A stretch of 64,000 bases of DNA, taken from assembly GCA_030390025.1 (NCBI GenBank), contig JASTWF010000415.1, forward strand, positions 62,001-126,000, given 5' to 3'. Origin of the DNA: Squalus acanthias (Eukaryota). The notes below the pieces were generated by a model. The model did not search any database. It was not told the origin of the DNA and saw only the letters and a program-made list of their open reading frames with translations. How positions within the stretch are numbered: position 1 is the first letter of the stretch; every line of letters starts with the position of its first letter. Positions 53,231-64,000 of this stretch are shown piece by piece. A program made the position numbers and the translations under genes.

Positions 53231-53605
53231 TAGAATGCTTTGAACATGTATGTAATTCACACAAGTGGCTAGGATGTGGTAAAGCTTCCTGAAGACTTAA
53301 TAACACTGGAGTAAAGATTCCGCTGTGCTGCTCGGTGGTGTGTGCTGCACACTCCCGGGCAACAATTTTACATCCGTTAAAGTTAGTGGAGAGAAAATCA
53401 TGGGCTGGGAGTGCGCAATTTAGTGAAATACATTCCCAGCACGAACCAAGGAGAGACGCAGTGAAAGTTTTGCTTTTGCATTGCAACACATCATGTGGTG
53501 AACTTTGATTTAGTGCTCTCGGTGCAGTCCTTTGAGTGACGGAGTACTTATTGAGAATTCAGGCAGCATTCTTTTAAAACTCGTTCAGGCTTTGTTAGAT
53601 ATACT

Positions 53606-54274
53606 GGGATAGAAATTGGTCCTCATTGTGCTCATTTTACGGGCGTAAAATAGCCGCAAAACGGACCAATGTTGGGCTCAACGTCCTGTGCCCAATCTGC
53701 GCTAGGGGTACAGATGCCGTCACAGACATAGGCGACTGCCCAGGCGGCTGTGGCGCCCACCGGAAACAGGCATTAGGCCCCTTGTGTGTGTGAATGAGGG
53801 GCCTTATGCCTGTTAGAGGAATCCTGCAGGAAATTGGGCAGCGCTGAGCAGAGAAGGAGCTGGGCCTACTCTGCGCAGGTTTCCACAGCGATTGCTGCGG
53901 CCTAAGCAGCAGCCACCACCAAAAAGGTAAGTTTGTTCTTCTTTTAAACCTCCCTGTGGAGCTGGCAAGAGCCGGAGTGCTTCTCTAGGCTTCACAGCAC
54001 TCCTTAGGGCCGCTGCCTGCCCGCAATCGCCCCCCTCTTGTTCGCCTTCCCCTCCCTGGGACTTATGTGAGGGTCGCTTCCGCCGAGGTAGATAGTAATT
54101 GGGCAGGCTGCCTGTGGACATGCAATAGGAGCCGGCAGCTCGGCCCTATTACTACAATGAAGCCTGAGGCCCAATTTCTGGCGAGCCTTGGATCTGTTGG
54201 TTCAGGCACGTACTGTGCTGGAAGCTCACCATCAGTTATGCGCCTGAAAACGGACCATAACAAACTTCTACCTC
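53606..54274. mobile_element. Harbinger-type MITE with 3-bp TSD (ACT)
   Basis: ACT at 53603-53605 and 54275-54277; imperfect TIRs gggatagaaatt / aacttctacctc. Confidence 0.7.
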
Positions 54275-54423
54275 ACTGAGTGCAGTAAATTTAATGAACC
54301 CATTTACAGTATTGTTACATAACAATCCTTCCCCAAGTGACAACATGAACCATCATTATCTTATTGTTCAACTAAAAATGAGAATAACAGAGCATGAAAC
54401 AATCCTATGCGGTTTTTGCATCC

Positions 54424-54477
54424 TTTATTTACAAATAACAGGAATTCAGGAAATTCTGGTATTATAAAACATTTATT
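54424..54477 (-). terminator. Candidate polyadenylation signals of the short-tail GP9-like gene
   Basis: Two minus-strand AATAAA (plus-strand tttatt at 54424-54429 and 54472-54477), about 0.9 kb past the stop codon. Confidence 0.4.
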
Positions 54478-55367
54478 TCTTCACACAGTTGTAATAGTAT
54501 TGCATTTTTCTAGCAACATGAAAAGCACAGCAAGGTTATAGTTTGTTATTATAAATAAAAACTGCAGATGAAACATGTTAACTTGTTTTTCAAATTCTGA
54601 TAATTGACAGTAGAAATTTACAATCATTTTTGTAGATACTATATAGGAAAAAAAAGCTGAATATTTCTTTGACACTCATTATTTTCCTTCTTTTCAGCCC
54701 TGCTCTGCCACATACTAAGGTGCAGGCAACCAACTTCAAGCTGTATTGAAGATAATGAGTGTGAATGTATGTTGTACCACTGCAGTTTGTGGGCACATTT
54801 TTAAATAGCACGATGTGTTTTGATACAGAGGAAAAATGATGACGGAGAAAGAATATGATTTGGGTTGCTGAAATGATGAGAGGCTTGATTTTGCAGCTAT
54901 AAGCCGATTATTTAATGTAGATTGTGATCACAGAACTGGAGGGCCGGAGTATGAGATTGCAGAGTAATAGGTATCTGGAATAGTCTCCCAGCAAAAGCAA
55001 TTAATATTGTGTCAATTAACTACTTGTTAGTCATGCTGTCAGGCAGAGGCTTAAAAAGAGGGGGAGAAAATCTAAAAATATACTGGAGGTAATTTTGACT
55101 TTGTGGGATAGCGTAATACGGGTGATAGCAAATCGGCAGCCCGTTTTACATCTCTCCCGATTTTTATTTCCATTGACTTCAAAATTACTCCCTCCCCCAT
55201 TATTACAAAAACACTCCAACCGTTTAATAGTCAAAAGACTAGTACTGAGGCACTTTAATGTAGGGGAGCCCTTCTGTAGTAATGCTGCTTTACTGAGCAT
55301 ATTAGGGAGAACACTGATGGGAATGCACTGTTAGTCAAATTGAGAAAATACTTTCTCAAAGTATTTT

Positions 55368-55964
55368 CTATTGGCTTTTTAATCTTCTTCTGGGGCTTTC
55401 TGGCAGAAAGTAAGAATCTGCCATAAAAACCCAGCAGCTTAAGTGCTTTGCAATGTAAACTGTGCACACCAACAAAATAAGAACAAGCAAAGATGCAGCA
55501 AACAGCCAAATATCTCTGTGAATAAATGGTTTACATTGCATCGATTCATGGCTCTCACAGGCAGGATACTCATTCCCTGTCAGGCTCAATATCTGTTTGC
55601 CATTAATTAAAACAGGGGTTGAACAAAGAACTGATGGATTAGAGTCGAGTTGTTGGTCTTCTAGCCAGTGTTTGAGATATCCAATATGGCAATCGCAGTT
55701 CCATGGGTTGCTGGAGAGGTCTATCTTCCTCAGGTTCTGAAGCTTGTCAAATGTGCCTGGAGCAACTGTGGTTAAATGGTTGTTCTGTAGGTAAAGTTCA
55801 ATTGTGTTTTCAGGGAGAACAGGAACTTCCTTCAGTTGCTTTGCGCTGCAGTCAACTTTGAAGCCCTGGTCATTGAATTTTGTGCATTGGCAGGATACTG
55901 GGCACAACTCGACACTTGGCAAATTGAGCAAGAAAAATAATGCTAACCCACCAGAGGCCAACAT
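55368..55964 (-). CDS. GP9: Platelet glycoprotein IX (GPIX/CD42a)-like, short tail (198 aa, single coding exon)
   Basis: Signal peptide, LRRNT-LRR-LRRCT, NPWNCDCHIGYLKHWLED (compare GPIX NPWHCDC..YLRLWLED), LTG motif, TM about aa 152-172, tail about 26 aa. Acceptor tttatcacAG (55972-55971) 6 nt before the ATG. RAB43 is the neighbouring gene of human GP9. Confidence 0.85.
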   Translation of the reverse strand: MLASGGLALFFLLNLPSVELCPVSCQCTKFNDQGFKVDCSAKQLKEVPVLPENTIELYLQNNHLTTVAPGTFDKLQNLRKIDLSSNPWNCDCHIGYLKHWLEDQQLDSNPSVLCSTPVLINGKQILSLTGNEYPACESHESMQCKPFIHRDIWLFAASLLVLILLVCTVYIAKHLSCWVFMADSYFLPESPRRRLKSQ

Positions 55965-56039
55965 CTTGAGCTGTGATAAAATTAATGGTTGTAAAACAAT
56001 ATATTAAAAGACAGCTGAAATAGCTAATTGACATTCACT

Positions 56040-56395
56040 TTTTCTCCAATTTTCTCCCTTCCCCTCTTCTCCTGAAGCTGTTGACTCCCTTACTGGGATA
56101 TAGTTCCATGAGGAGCAGCAACCATTACTCATATGTAAACCTTGATACTGAGTCTCTGTAGGTTATTTGACTGCAGGAGACAAATCAGTCTCCACATGCA
56201 CACAAATTTATACAATTGTATCGCGATCCAGAGCAGGAACCCTTTCTGACTTTTCTCTTCCATAAGTCGGATTGTTGAAGCCAGTTGTACCACCACTATT
56301 GCTGCTAATCAAACATAGACCAGGGATCAAACTTGGGATCATCTCAGTCTGCATAACTCAAAGACAGTAACATTACTACTGAGTCGTGAGGGCAG
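56040..56395 (-). mobile_element. Old tRNA-derived SINE family (related copies at about 14825-15190, 16290-16690, 46080-46250, and inverted at about 58700-58880)
   Basis: Shared tccccttctctcctga..g end and a B-box-like gtttgatccc on the minus strand; copies are diverged. Confidence 0.5.
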
Positions 56396-56493
56396 CTCTC
56401 CCTCTATGTTTCAATAACAAGAACATTTTCTACAGAATTACATGATTATACCATACATTGCAGCACTAAATATTGTAAACCAAAATCACTCAC

Positions 56494-56591
56494 TACTCTG
56501 AAATTGGCTCAGCTTTTTAGGTTTGCTGTATATTAATTCTCATCAATGTAAAATACATTTTGAGCGTGTTAAGCACTTTACTGAACAACTT
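56494..56591 (-). other. Putative non-coding 5' UTR exon 2 of the GP9-like gene at 55368-55964
   Basis: Minus strand: branch-like ttaactgactaat, acceptor gcatttcatttcAG (56593-56592), donor GTGAGT (56493-56488). Prediction only. Confidence 0.45.
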
Positions 56592-57035
56592 CTGAAATGA
56601 AATGCCAAGCATTAGTCAGTTAAATTTGAAATACTTAGGATTATTTATGCTTACTCTCAGTAAAGGGCATTCTGTCCACATTAGCGGAGAGCAACAAATA
56701 TTGGCTTATTATTTAGGGATCGTGAAGTGATTACTTACCAACATGGTGCAGAAGTATTAGCCTGCAAATTATTATTTGAGTGCTATTTGGGGGTTAAGTG
56801 TGGGTTACTAAAAGTGTTTAGGAGAACTTACTCCTGCTTGTTTACTCATAATTTTTCTGTTTTCAGTCTGTTGGCTAAAAGGTGGAATAGATCTCCTGAA
56901 CAGCAGGCCAGACAATGAAAAGGCAGAAGCACTAATCCACTTGATTAACTACGAACTGTAATTAGGAGGCAGCTAATCGCCGAGCAGAGATTGAAAACCC
57001 TACTGCAAGAATTCAGGACAAGGGAATACGCAACT

Positions 57036-57462
57036 TAGAAACATAGAATCTAGGAGCAGGAGTAGGCCATTCGGCCCATCGAGCCTGCTCCACCATTCAA
57101 TACGATCATGGCTGATCATCCAAATCCAGTACCCTGTCCCTGCTTTAATCCCCACAGTACACATATCCCACCCTACCCCTGTAACCCCACGTATTTAATT
57201 CCCCCTAACATATCCCATCCTATCCCCATAACCCCACATATTTAATCCCCCCCTAACACTAAGGGTCAATTTATCATAGCCAAATCAACCTAACCCGCAC
57301 ATTTTTGGACTGTGGGAGGAAACCGGAGCACCCGGAGGAAACCCACGCAGACACGGGGAGAATGTGCAAACTCCACACAGACAGTCACCCGAGGTCAGAT
57401 TCGAACCCGGGTCCCTGGCGCTGTGAGGCACCAGTGCTAACCACTATGCCACCGTGTTGCCC
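57036..57462 (-). mobile_element. HE1-type V-SINE (tRNA head, V-domain, CR1-derived tail)
   Basis: gggaggaaaccggagcacccggaggaaacccacgcagacacggggagaatgtgcaaactccacacagacag V-domain; tRNA A/B-box head; internal duplication of about 45 bp at 57162-57255. Confidence 0.88.
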
Positions 57463-59092
57463 CTTCCCATCCCACCAAGAAGCACCTGGTACACCTTGCA
57501 TGTGAGCAGTTGGCTGAAAGCAGGCAGAACCAGTTAGCCATCAAGGTCTCAGATGTGCCTGACTCACATTCAGGAACCAAATGGCAACATGGGTGCAGCC
57601 CCTCTGGACTTTGGGAAGGCCAGTAGGTTTGTGGATTTGGGTTACCCTCTCACTTTGCTATTTTTGATCATTGCATCCTCGATTTCCTTGGTACATCTGT
57701 AGACAAGTACTGCCAGTACCATACGGATGTTATCATGTTGTGTGGCGTTTTCGTGAAGGATATGGCACAAAGCTGTCAATTCCTAAACTGCAACATATGA
57801 TCTTATTGAATGGTGGAGCAGGTTCAAGGGGCCAAATGACCTACTCCTGCTCCTACGTCTTATGTTCTTATGTAACTGCCTTACACAAGTCTCTACTGAT
57901 ATTGACCAGTAGCTGTGTCTGGTGTGGAATTCCTGCTGGCTGGTGAAACTGCAGGATTGGATGGTAACCCACATGTGTCACATCACGGGCAGCCCTTACC
58001 TGCTCTTGCTACTTCACCTCTGCCAAGTGCAATGCAAGAGGAGCATTGCATACAGTTCCCACACTGCACAGAAGCCTAGAACATTGAAAGTACATTTAAA
58101 GCAAATTACCTTTAAATTAAGCCTTCAGCTTTCTCATTGCAGACTCTCTAATAACACCAGCTTTATTTGTGGAAGATGAATGCCTTGCACTAATGCTATG
58201 TTACTACTGCAATATGGGTCATTTCTTTTTTCAGTGCCCAGTCTGCTGGCTTAATTGTCCTACTGCATAACTTGAGTACATAGTGCTTGAACTTCAAATT
58301 CAAATTACACAATTTTGTTAGTGTTAGGAAATGCCTAACAAATAACAGCCATACCACACTCCTGATATTACTGGCAACTATCAAACAAATCTTTACACTG
58401 ACAGTAATTTCTAGGCCTAGATTATTGAATTGCCTGCTAGGAGGTTGTAGAGGGGTAAAAGTAATTGTAAGGGAAAGGGCAGAAATATAATTCCACAGAC
58501 AGAACAACTTGTGGTGACTTCTACGTACCTTTAAAGAATGAGCACAATACTGGCACAATTTAACTTCCTGAGGTCCCATTTTGTACAATAAGTTGATGAA
58601 AGGGAAGTACTGCTGTATATATGCTGCTTGCAGGACTCAAACTAGTGTTTACTTGAATTTTAAAGGATTTTGATCCAAGTTTTTAATGGAGAAATAAAAT
58701 CGGAAATAAAGATGGCTTGGTGGTCCCCATAATTGGTTAGCCCAATGCCACTATCTGAGCTTACAGATGAAGAATAGTTACTTGAGCATAGTGCTGGAGG
58801 GCTCCTGCTTCCTATGGTGGTACGCCCAGAATGAGCGATCAGCTTTAGGAGAGGAGGGGAGAGAAGATGAGAAAATTTAAGGGGAAACACATCTTCCTGA
58901 AAGCATAAGAAGTTCTGAGTCTCAATGCTCTCTTAAGATTCAATAAATAAAGCTAACTTTCTGATTACAAATCTATTCCCCAAATTTTTTTTTGTTACAC
59001 AAATCTCACTTCACCTACATCCCATGCATAAACTATTTACGGAATTTAAATAAATCACACATACACCATCTGTGTTAAGTTTAATCTCTTAC

Positions 59093-59180
59093 CTTGCTGT
59101 GCAGATTCTTTCTTATTTGACTTGATGGTCAAATAAAGTCTCAAGACTGAGTAACAAGTAAGAAAACACAAAGGGACTGG
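59093..59180 (-). other. Putative non-coding exon 1 of the GP9-like gene (5' end approximate)
   Basis: Strong donor CAAG|GTAAGA at 59092-59091; TATATA at 59205-59210 and an ETS/GATA cluster immediately upstream. Confidence 0.45.
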
Positions 59181-59188
59181 ATGTCAGA

Positions 59189-59317
59189 ATGACTAAGCAG
59201 GACATATATATCTCCCTTCTAGAAACTAGAATGGATGTGAGTTTGCAAACTTTCACATATCGTCTCAGGTCATACTTCCTGTTTCATGCCAAAATGTTAT
59301 TTAAAGTTCTACTATCT
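59189..59317 (-). promoter_or_regulatory. Candidate thrombocyte-type promoter (NF-E2/MARE-like, TATA-like, ETS, GATA)
   Basis: ATGACTAAGCA at 59189-59199 (+); TATATA 59205-59210; ACAGGAAGT on - at 59274-59282; AGATAG on - at 59312-59317; a further TGATAA near 59419 (+). Confidence 0.5.
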
Positions 59318-60134
59318 CTATTAAAAGATTGTTCTGAGCAATTTTATTTGAAAGAAGGAGTCTAAAGGCAGTTCATCCTCAACATATACTCTTGCTATGA
59401 ATGGCTTCCCGTGCTGCCTGATAAAGGATGTATATTTCATTATATTAGTAACAGTTTACTGTTCATCCATCTGTTTCATTTATTTGTTAGATTAGAATCT
59501 CAGCCTGGTAGGAGTGCATATTCAGTTCGCTTGTTGAACAGAGAAGAACCATGTGGAGGGCACATGATACATTCTCATAGTCAGTGTACAAATTAAGGAC
59601 TCTCTGTTATAATCCCTGAGGCTCACAATAACTCACCTAATAATGGACCAAAAAAGGCACACTTCAGATTGTAGGGGGATGTAAGGTCCGCTTATAGGAA
59701 AGACCAGTGACCCTGAACCTGAGAAAATATCTAGTGTAAAAGCCCAAACACATGACCTTTGGTCAACATGGTACTGCACGACTTCATGGCCCTTGTTTTT
59801 GCATAATGCATCTGGAGCATCTGAACAGCGCTCCACACTCAGCACTCGGATTGCACCGGCCTGTTCCCTCCTATTGGATCTTTGCTTTTAAAGTGATCTC
59901 ATTCATTAAAACTTGTTGTCAGTATCTGCTGTTTTTCTTTCCACTTATTTTACTTCTCTTTTTCTGTAGAGCTGTGTCATTGTTTAGCTGGTTTACTAAA
60001 AGGAGAAATTACAGTTAACTTTCTTTAAACTGCACTTCATCTGCTAGTTCTGCCTATTTCTCCAGGCATTGTGTTCCCAATATGAGTATTCCTCTGGGCA
60101 TCCTCTGTATTTGCAGATTCTAGAGGAGGAGCAG

Positions 60135-61115
60135 CAGGAGTTCCTCAGGGCAATGTCCTCGGCCCAACCATCTTTAGCTGCTTCATCAATGACCTTCCCT
60201 CCATCATAAGGTCAGAAGTGGGGATGTTCGCTGATGATTGCACAGTGTTCAGTTCCATTTGCATTTCCTCAGATAATAAAGCAGTCCGTGCCTGCATGCA
60301 ACAAGACCTGGACAACATCTAGGCTTAGGCTGATAAGTGGCAAGTAATATTTGTGCCACACAGGTGCCAGGCAATGACCATCTCCAACAAGAGAGCGTCT
60401 AACCACCGCCCCTTGACATTCAATGGCATTACGATTGTTGAATCCCCCACCATCAACATCCTAGGGGTCACCATTGACCAGAAACATAACTGGACCAGCC
60501 ACATAAATACTGTGGCTACAAGAGCAGGTCAGAGGCTGGGTATTCTGCGGCAAGTGACTCACCTTCTGACTCCCCAAAGCCTTTCCACCATCTACAAGGC
60601 ACAAGTCAAGAGTGTGATGGAATACTCTCCACTTGCCTGGATGAGTGCAGCTCCAACAACACTCAAGAAGCTCGACACCATCCAAGACAAACCAGTCCAC
60701 TTGATCGGCACCCCATCTACCACTTTAAACATGCAATCCTTCCACCACTGACACAAAGTGGCTGCAGTGTGCACCATCTACAAGATGCACTGCAGCAACT
60801 CGCCAAGGCTTCTTTGACAACAAATCGCAGCCCAAACACGCAACCTCTACCACCTAGAAGGACAAGGGCACCAGGCGCATGGGAACACCACCACCTTCAA
60901 GTTTACCCTTCAAGTTACACACCATCCTGACTTGGAAGTAGATCGCCGTTCCTTCATCGTTACTGGGTCAATCCTGGAACTGCCTCCCTAACAGCATTGT
61001 GGGAGTACCTTCGCCACAGGGACTGCAGCAGTTCAAGAAGGTGGCTCACCACCACCTTCTCGAGGGCAATTAGGGATGGGCAATAAATGCTGGCCTTGCC
61101 GTGAATGAAAAAAAA
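60135..61115 (+). mobile_element. CR1-group LINE 3' part (same family as 9061-10135)
   Basis: GVPQGNVLGPTIFSCFINDLP..MFADD; ILGVTIDQKHNWTSHI; gggcaataaatgctggcc..gaatgaaaaaaaa tail. Confidence 0.9.
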
Positions 61116-61547
61116 AGGATTATTGGAGGCGTGCCAGACAAGTGCATTTGCATTTGAACTGCTCACTTAGACATGCCCTTATGTGTCACTTTTGTGCATT
61201 GGGCCAGACATTCATTTCTGGACATAGCTGGAGTTGTGATGTAGTGGAATTCATTTCCAGGGTGAGCCAATATTCAAAATTATAATGGATAGGTGGATGA
61301 AGGAAAAGGGTTTCAAGAAAAAGGGGTTAAAGGAAAAGGGGTTGAAGGGATCTAGGGACCGGGTGGGTAAATGTAATTGAGCTATTTTCTCACGTGGAAG
61401 GTAAATGCTGAAATGGACTAGTTGGGCTGAACGGCTTGTTATTTCCATGTTGTAACTTTTATGTATTTCTATGTATTACATTTCCAGCATATGTACAGTC
61501 TACGATCCCAATGGACATCACAGAATAGTACATACCCATGTATCCAG

Positions 61548-61981
61548 ACCTTAAGCAACGCCTCGATTTCAAAATTTCTCATCCTTGTTTTCAAATCCCT
61601 CCATGGCCTCGCCCCTCCCTATCTCTGTAATCTCATCCAGCCCCACAATCCCCTGAGATATCTGCGCTCCTCTTAATTCTGCCCTCTTGAGCATCCCTGA
61701 TTATAATCGCTCAACCATTGGTGGCCGTGCCTTCTGTTGCCTAGGCCCTAAGCTCTGGAATTCCCTGCCTAAACCTCTCTGCCTCACTACCTCTCTTTCC
61801 TCCTTTAAGACGCTCCTTAAAATCTACCTCTTTGACCAAGCTTTTGGTCACCTGCCCTAATTTCTCCTTATGTGGCTCAGTGTCAATTTTTTTTGTCTTA
61901 TAACACTCCTGTGAAGCACCTTGGGACGATTTACTACGTTAAAGGCGCTGTATAAATACAAGTTGTTGTTGTTGTTGTTGT
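61548..61981 (+). mobile_element. L2 LINE 3' end with (GTT)n tail
   Basis: FKILILVFKSLHGLAPPYL-like motif, gaagcaccttgggacg...tataaatacaa(gtt)n. Confidence 0.9.
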
Positions 61982-64000
61982 AAAAAAGCAATTCCCAGAA
62001 AGAATGGCTCTGTTAGTGACTGTCGTGGTAAACTGCTTTGATCTTTTACACCACTGGGTCAACACCAGGAGATATATGACAAATCTTCCAAACTGCAGTG
62101 CACCTGGAGGTCAAAGGTGCCTTGTTTGCCAAGGTCACTCTGTACATCTATTTCCCCATGAAATACACACAGAAACATGAAAGAGCCCGACACTTTTGTG
62201 GATTTTGCAATTGCACCTGCACTTGCTCCTTACTCATGCCTAGTTCTTCACCAAATGCTTCCCTGTGCAATTCACTAACTGACTCCACCCCCTCTCCACC
62301 ACCCCCGCCGTTTGCGCCCCCCCTGGAACATTGGCGGCACTTGATGGACAGCGAGCAACCCTTGACTGGCTGCTGGTGCCTGAAATGAAGAGCCCTGCCC
62401 TCAGGTGCTCCCAGTGTGTCATGTGCTTGGAGCACCGTAAGTTTATATGAATGAGCTGACCTTACATTATAGGGTGAGACTGGCTATATATGAGCAGGGA
62501 GGGCGATTTGAGTGCCTACAGTGATCCTGTCATTGTGTAGCTAGGAATGCATAATCATTGTATCCTGCATTCATCCATTCCACCATTACCATCCATGAAG
62601 CTCTGTTACTGACCTTCATAGGAGATTGCCCCCCTGCTCCAACAAAGACCACCCTCTTTGCAGCACCTCATCTGAAGCTGCTTCTTTAACTGGAGCTGTT
62701 TGTTTTGGTTGTCTACTTGCAGCTATTTCTCCATCTTTTCAGTGGAAGAAAAGCTTTAAAGGCCTCGAAGAGTTGCTGCTCATGATATCACACCCCCTTG
62801 ACCCCTTGTGTACTCCTAATGTGTCATGCGCTACGAGCCAAGGGTCTCTCATTAAAATATAAATGAGCTGTTCTCACATTATCGCACAAGGTCAGTTAGT
62901 TTTGTGGAGCACAGGCATACACAGCGCCTGAGGGGCACGGTCCTGATCCCATTGTGCCAGGGCCGCATTATCAGTTCCTGCAACTATTGAGATATGACAG
63001 CTCATGGAATTAGGGAAGGGAATTTACTGATTAGATACAAATTGAGAAATAGAAAGTAAACAGTTATGTATGGGTATTGTATTGCAGAGTAATGACCTGG
63101 AATCAGTGCCCCTCTCAATCTTCATAAATAACACTAATGAGGGAATAATGAACAATTTATCTAAATCTAAAGATGACAAAATATTGAAAGGGAAGGCAAA
63201 TTGTAACACAGAGAATTTAGGTAGATTTAATAATTGAACAGATGAATGAAAAATTCTATTCTTTATAGATGTAAAATCATACATACTGAGCCTTAAAATA
63301 TTAAGCAGAACTAAAGCAAAAATATCATAACCTTACAGTTAAATTAGTTTAGGAGCATTCAGCAAGAGGTCATTATCATAGATGATTAAACTCAGGATTA
63401 CATTAGACACTTAATGAACCTCTGACCACATATGAGTACTGATTTTAACTACCAGCATAGAATGGTGTGGTGGCGGGTATGATAAAAATAATAAAAATAA
63501 GAAAGGATCTGAAAAAATAGGTAAAGAGAAGAAAGAAGAGGTCTCATTTTAATCTCACTGGTGAGCTGCAGGTGCCAAACAATTGCTCTGCTGCAGCTCA
63601 CCGGTTCTGGGAAGGTGGGAAATTGGGCAGCTTCCACACTGAGCGGGCCGACAATTGGAGCCTGGGATAAGGGTGGGGGAGTTGTAATCCCCAGGGAGGC
63701 CTCGGGTGGCTGGCAGTGACCTAAATATTTTTACTGGACCCGGAGGAGCACGCCTGCTGGCCCCACCAAAAATAAAATTAGACATTTCTTGGACCATTTT
63801 GTGAGTGGCCTCCAGCAATCCCTTTAAGGACCACTGGTCAGGCCGCTCACCGCCCAGTACAAATGCAACTGTGGTGCTATGGTCGCATAATTCAATGAGG
63901 CTCCCACGGATTAAGGCAGGAGCCTAGGCTTCCCTTGTAAAGGCCCCAGAGAAAAATGGCCGTAGGCGGGATTAGGAGTGGGAATGTGGCGATAACAGCA

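Noticed and set aside
43347-55964. Variable lymphocyte receptor (VLR)-like LRR cassettes
   Set aside because: The LRRNT/LRR/LRRCT similarity is shared across the GPIb family. Both are complete genes with signal peptide, TM and tail; there is no cassette array or Thr/Pro stalk, and RAB43 synteny points to GP9.
61296-61350. Short tandem repeat (aaggaaaaggggtt-like, three copies), considered as a structured array
   Set aside because: Local slippage within a decayed CR1 tail; no spacers or regular architecture.

Overview
Eukaryotic vertebrate genomic DNA, almost certainly from a cartilaginous fish (shark-type HE1/V-SINE, DeuSINE, CR1, L2, RTE and Harbinger repeats). Genes: the last two coding exons of an HDHD5(CECR5)-family gene on + (2705-2893, 3783-4173); a complete three-exon RAB43 on - (30663-30857, 27539-27722, 20694-20944; 209 aa, ending in a CXC prenylation motif); and two tandem platelet glycoprotein IX (GP9)-like LRR membrane genes on -, each with a single coding exon (43347-44102 and 55368-55964). 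Both GP9-like proteins carry a ninth, GPIb-beta-like juxtamembrane cysteine, but their cytoplasmic tails differ strongly (about 83 aa vs about 26 aa). The shorter-tailed gene has a plausible three-exon layout and an upstream ETS+GATA+NF-E2-type motif cluster. Much of the remainder is repeats, including: a four-level nest (old LINE > CR1 > Harbinger transposon > CR1) whose transposase can be reconstructed; an LTR with a tRNA-Ser primer-binding site inside an L2; an LF-SINE-like element; many Harbinger-type MITEs; and a perfect 133-bp inverted duplication that looks like an inversion breakpoint. Most ORFs in the supplied track are repeat-derived or spurious. Family assignments come from recognising motifs by eye; no database searches were run.
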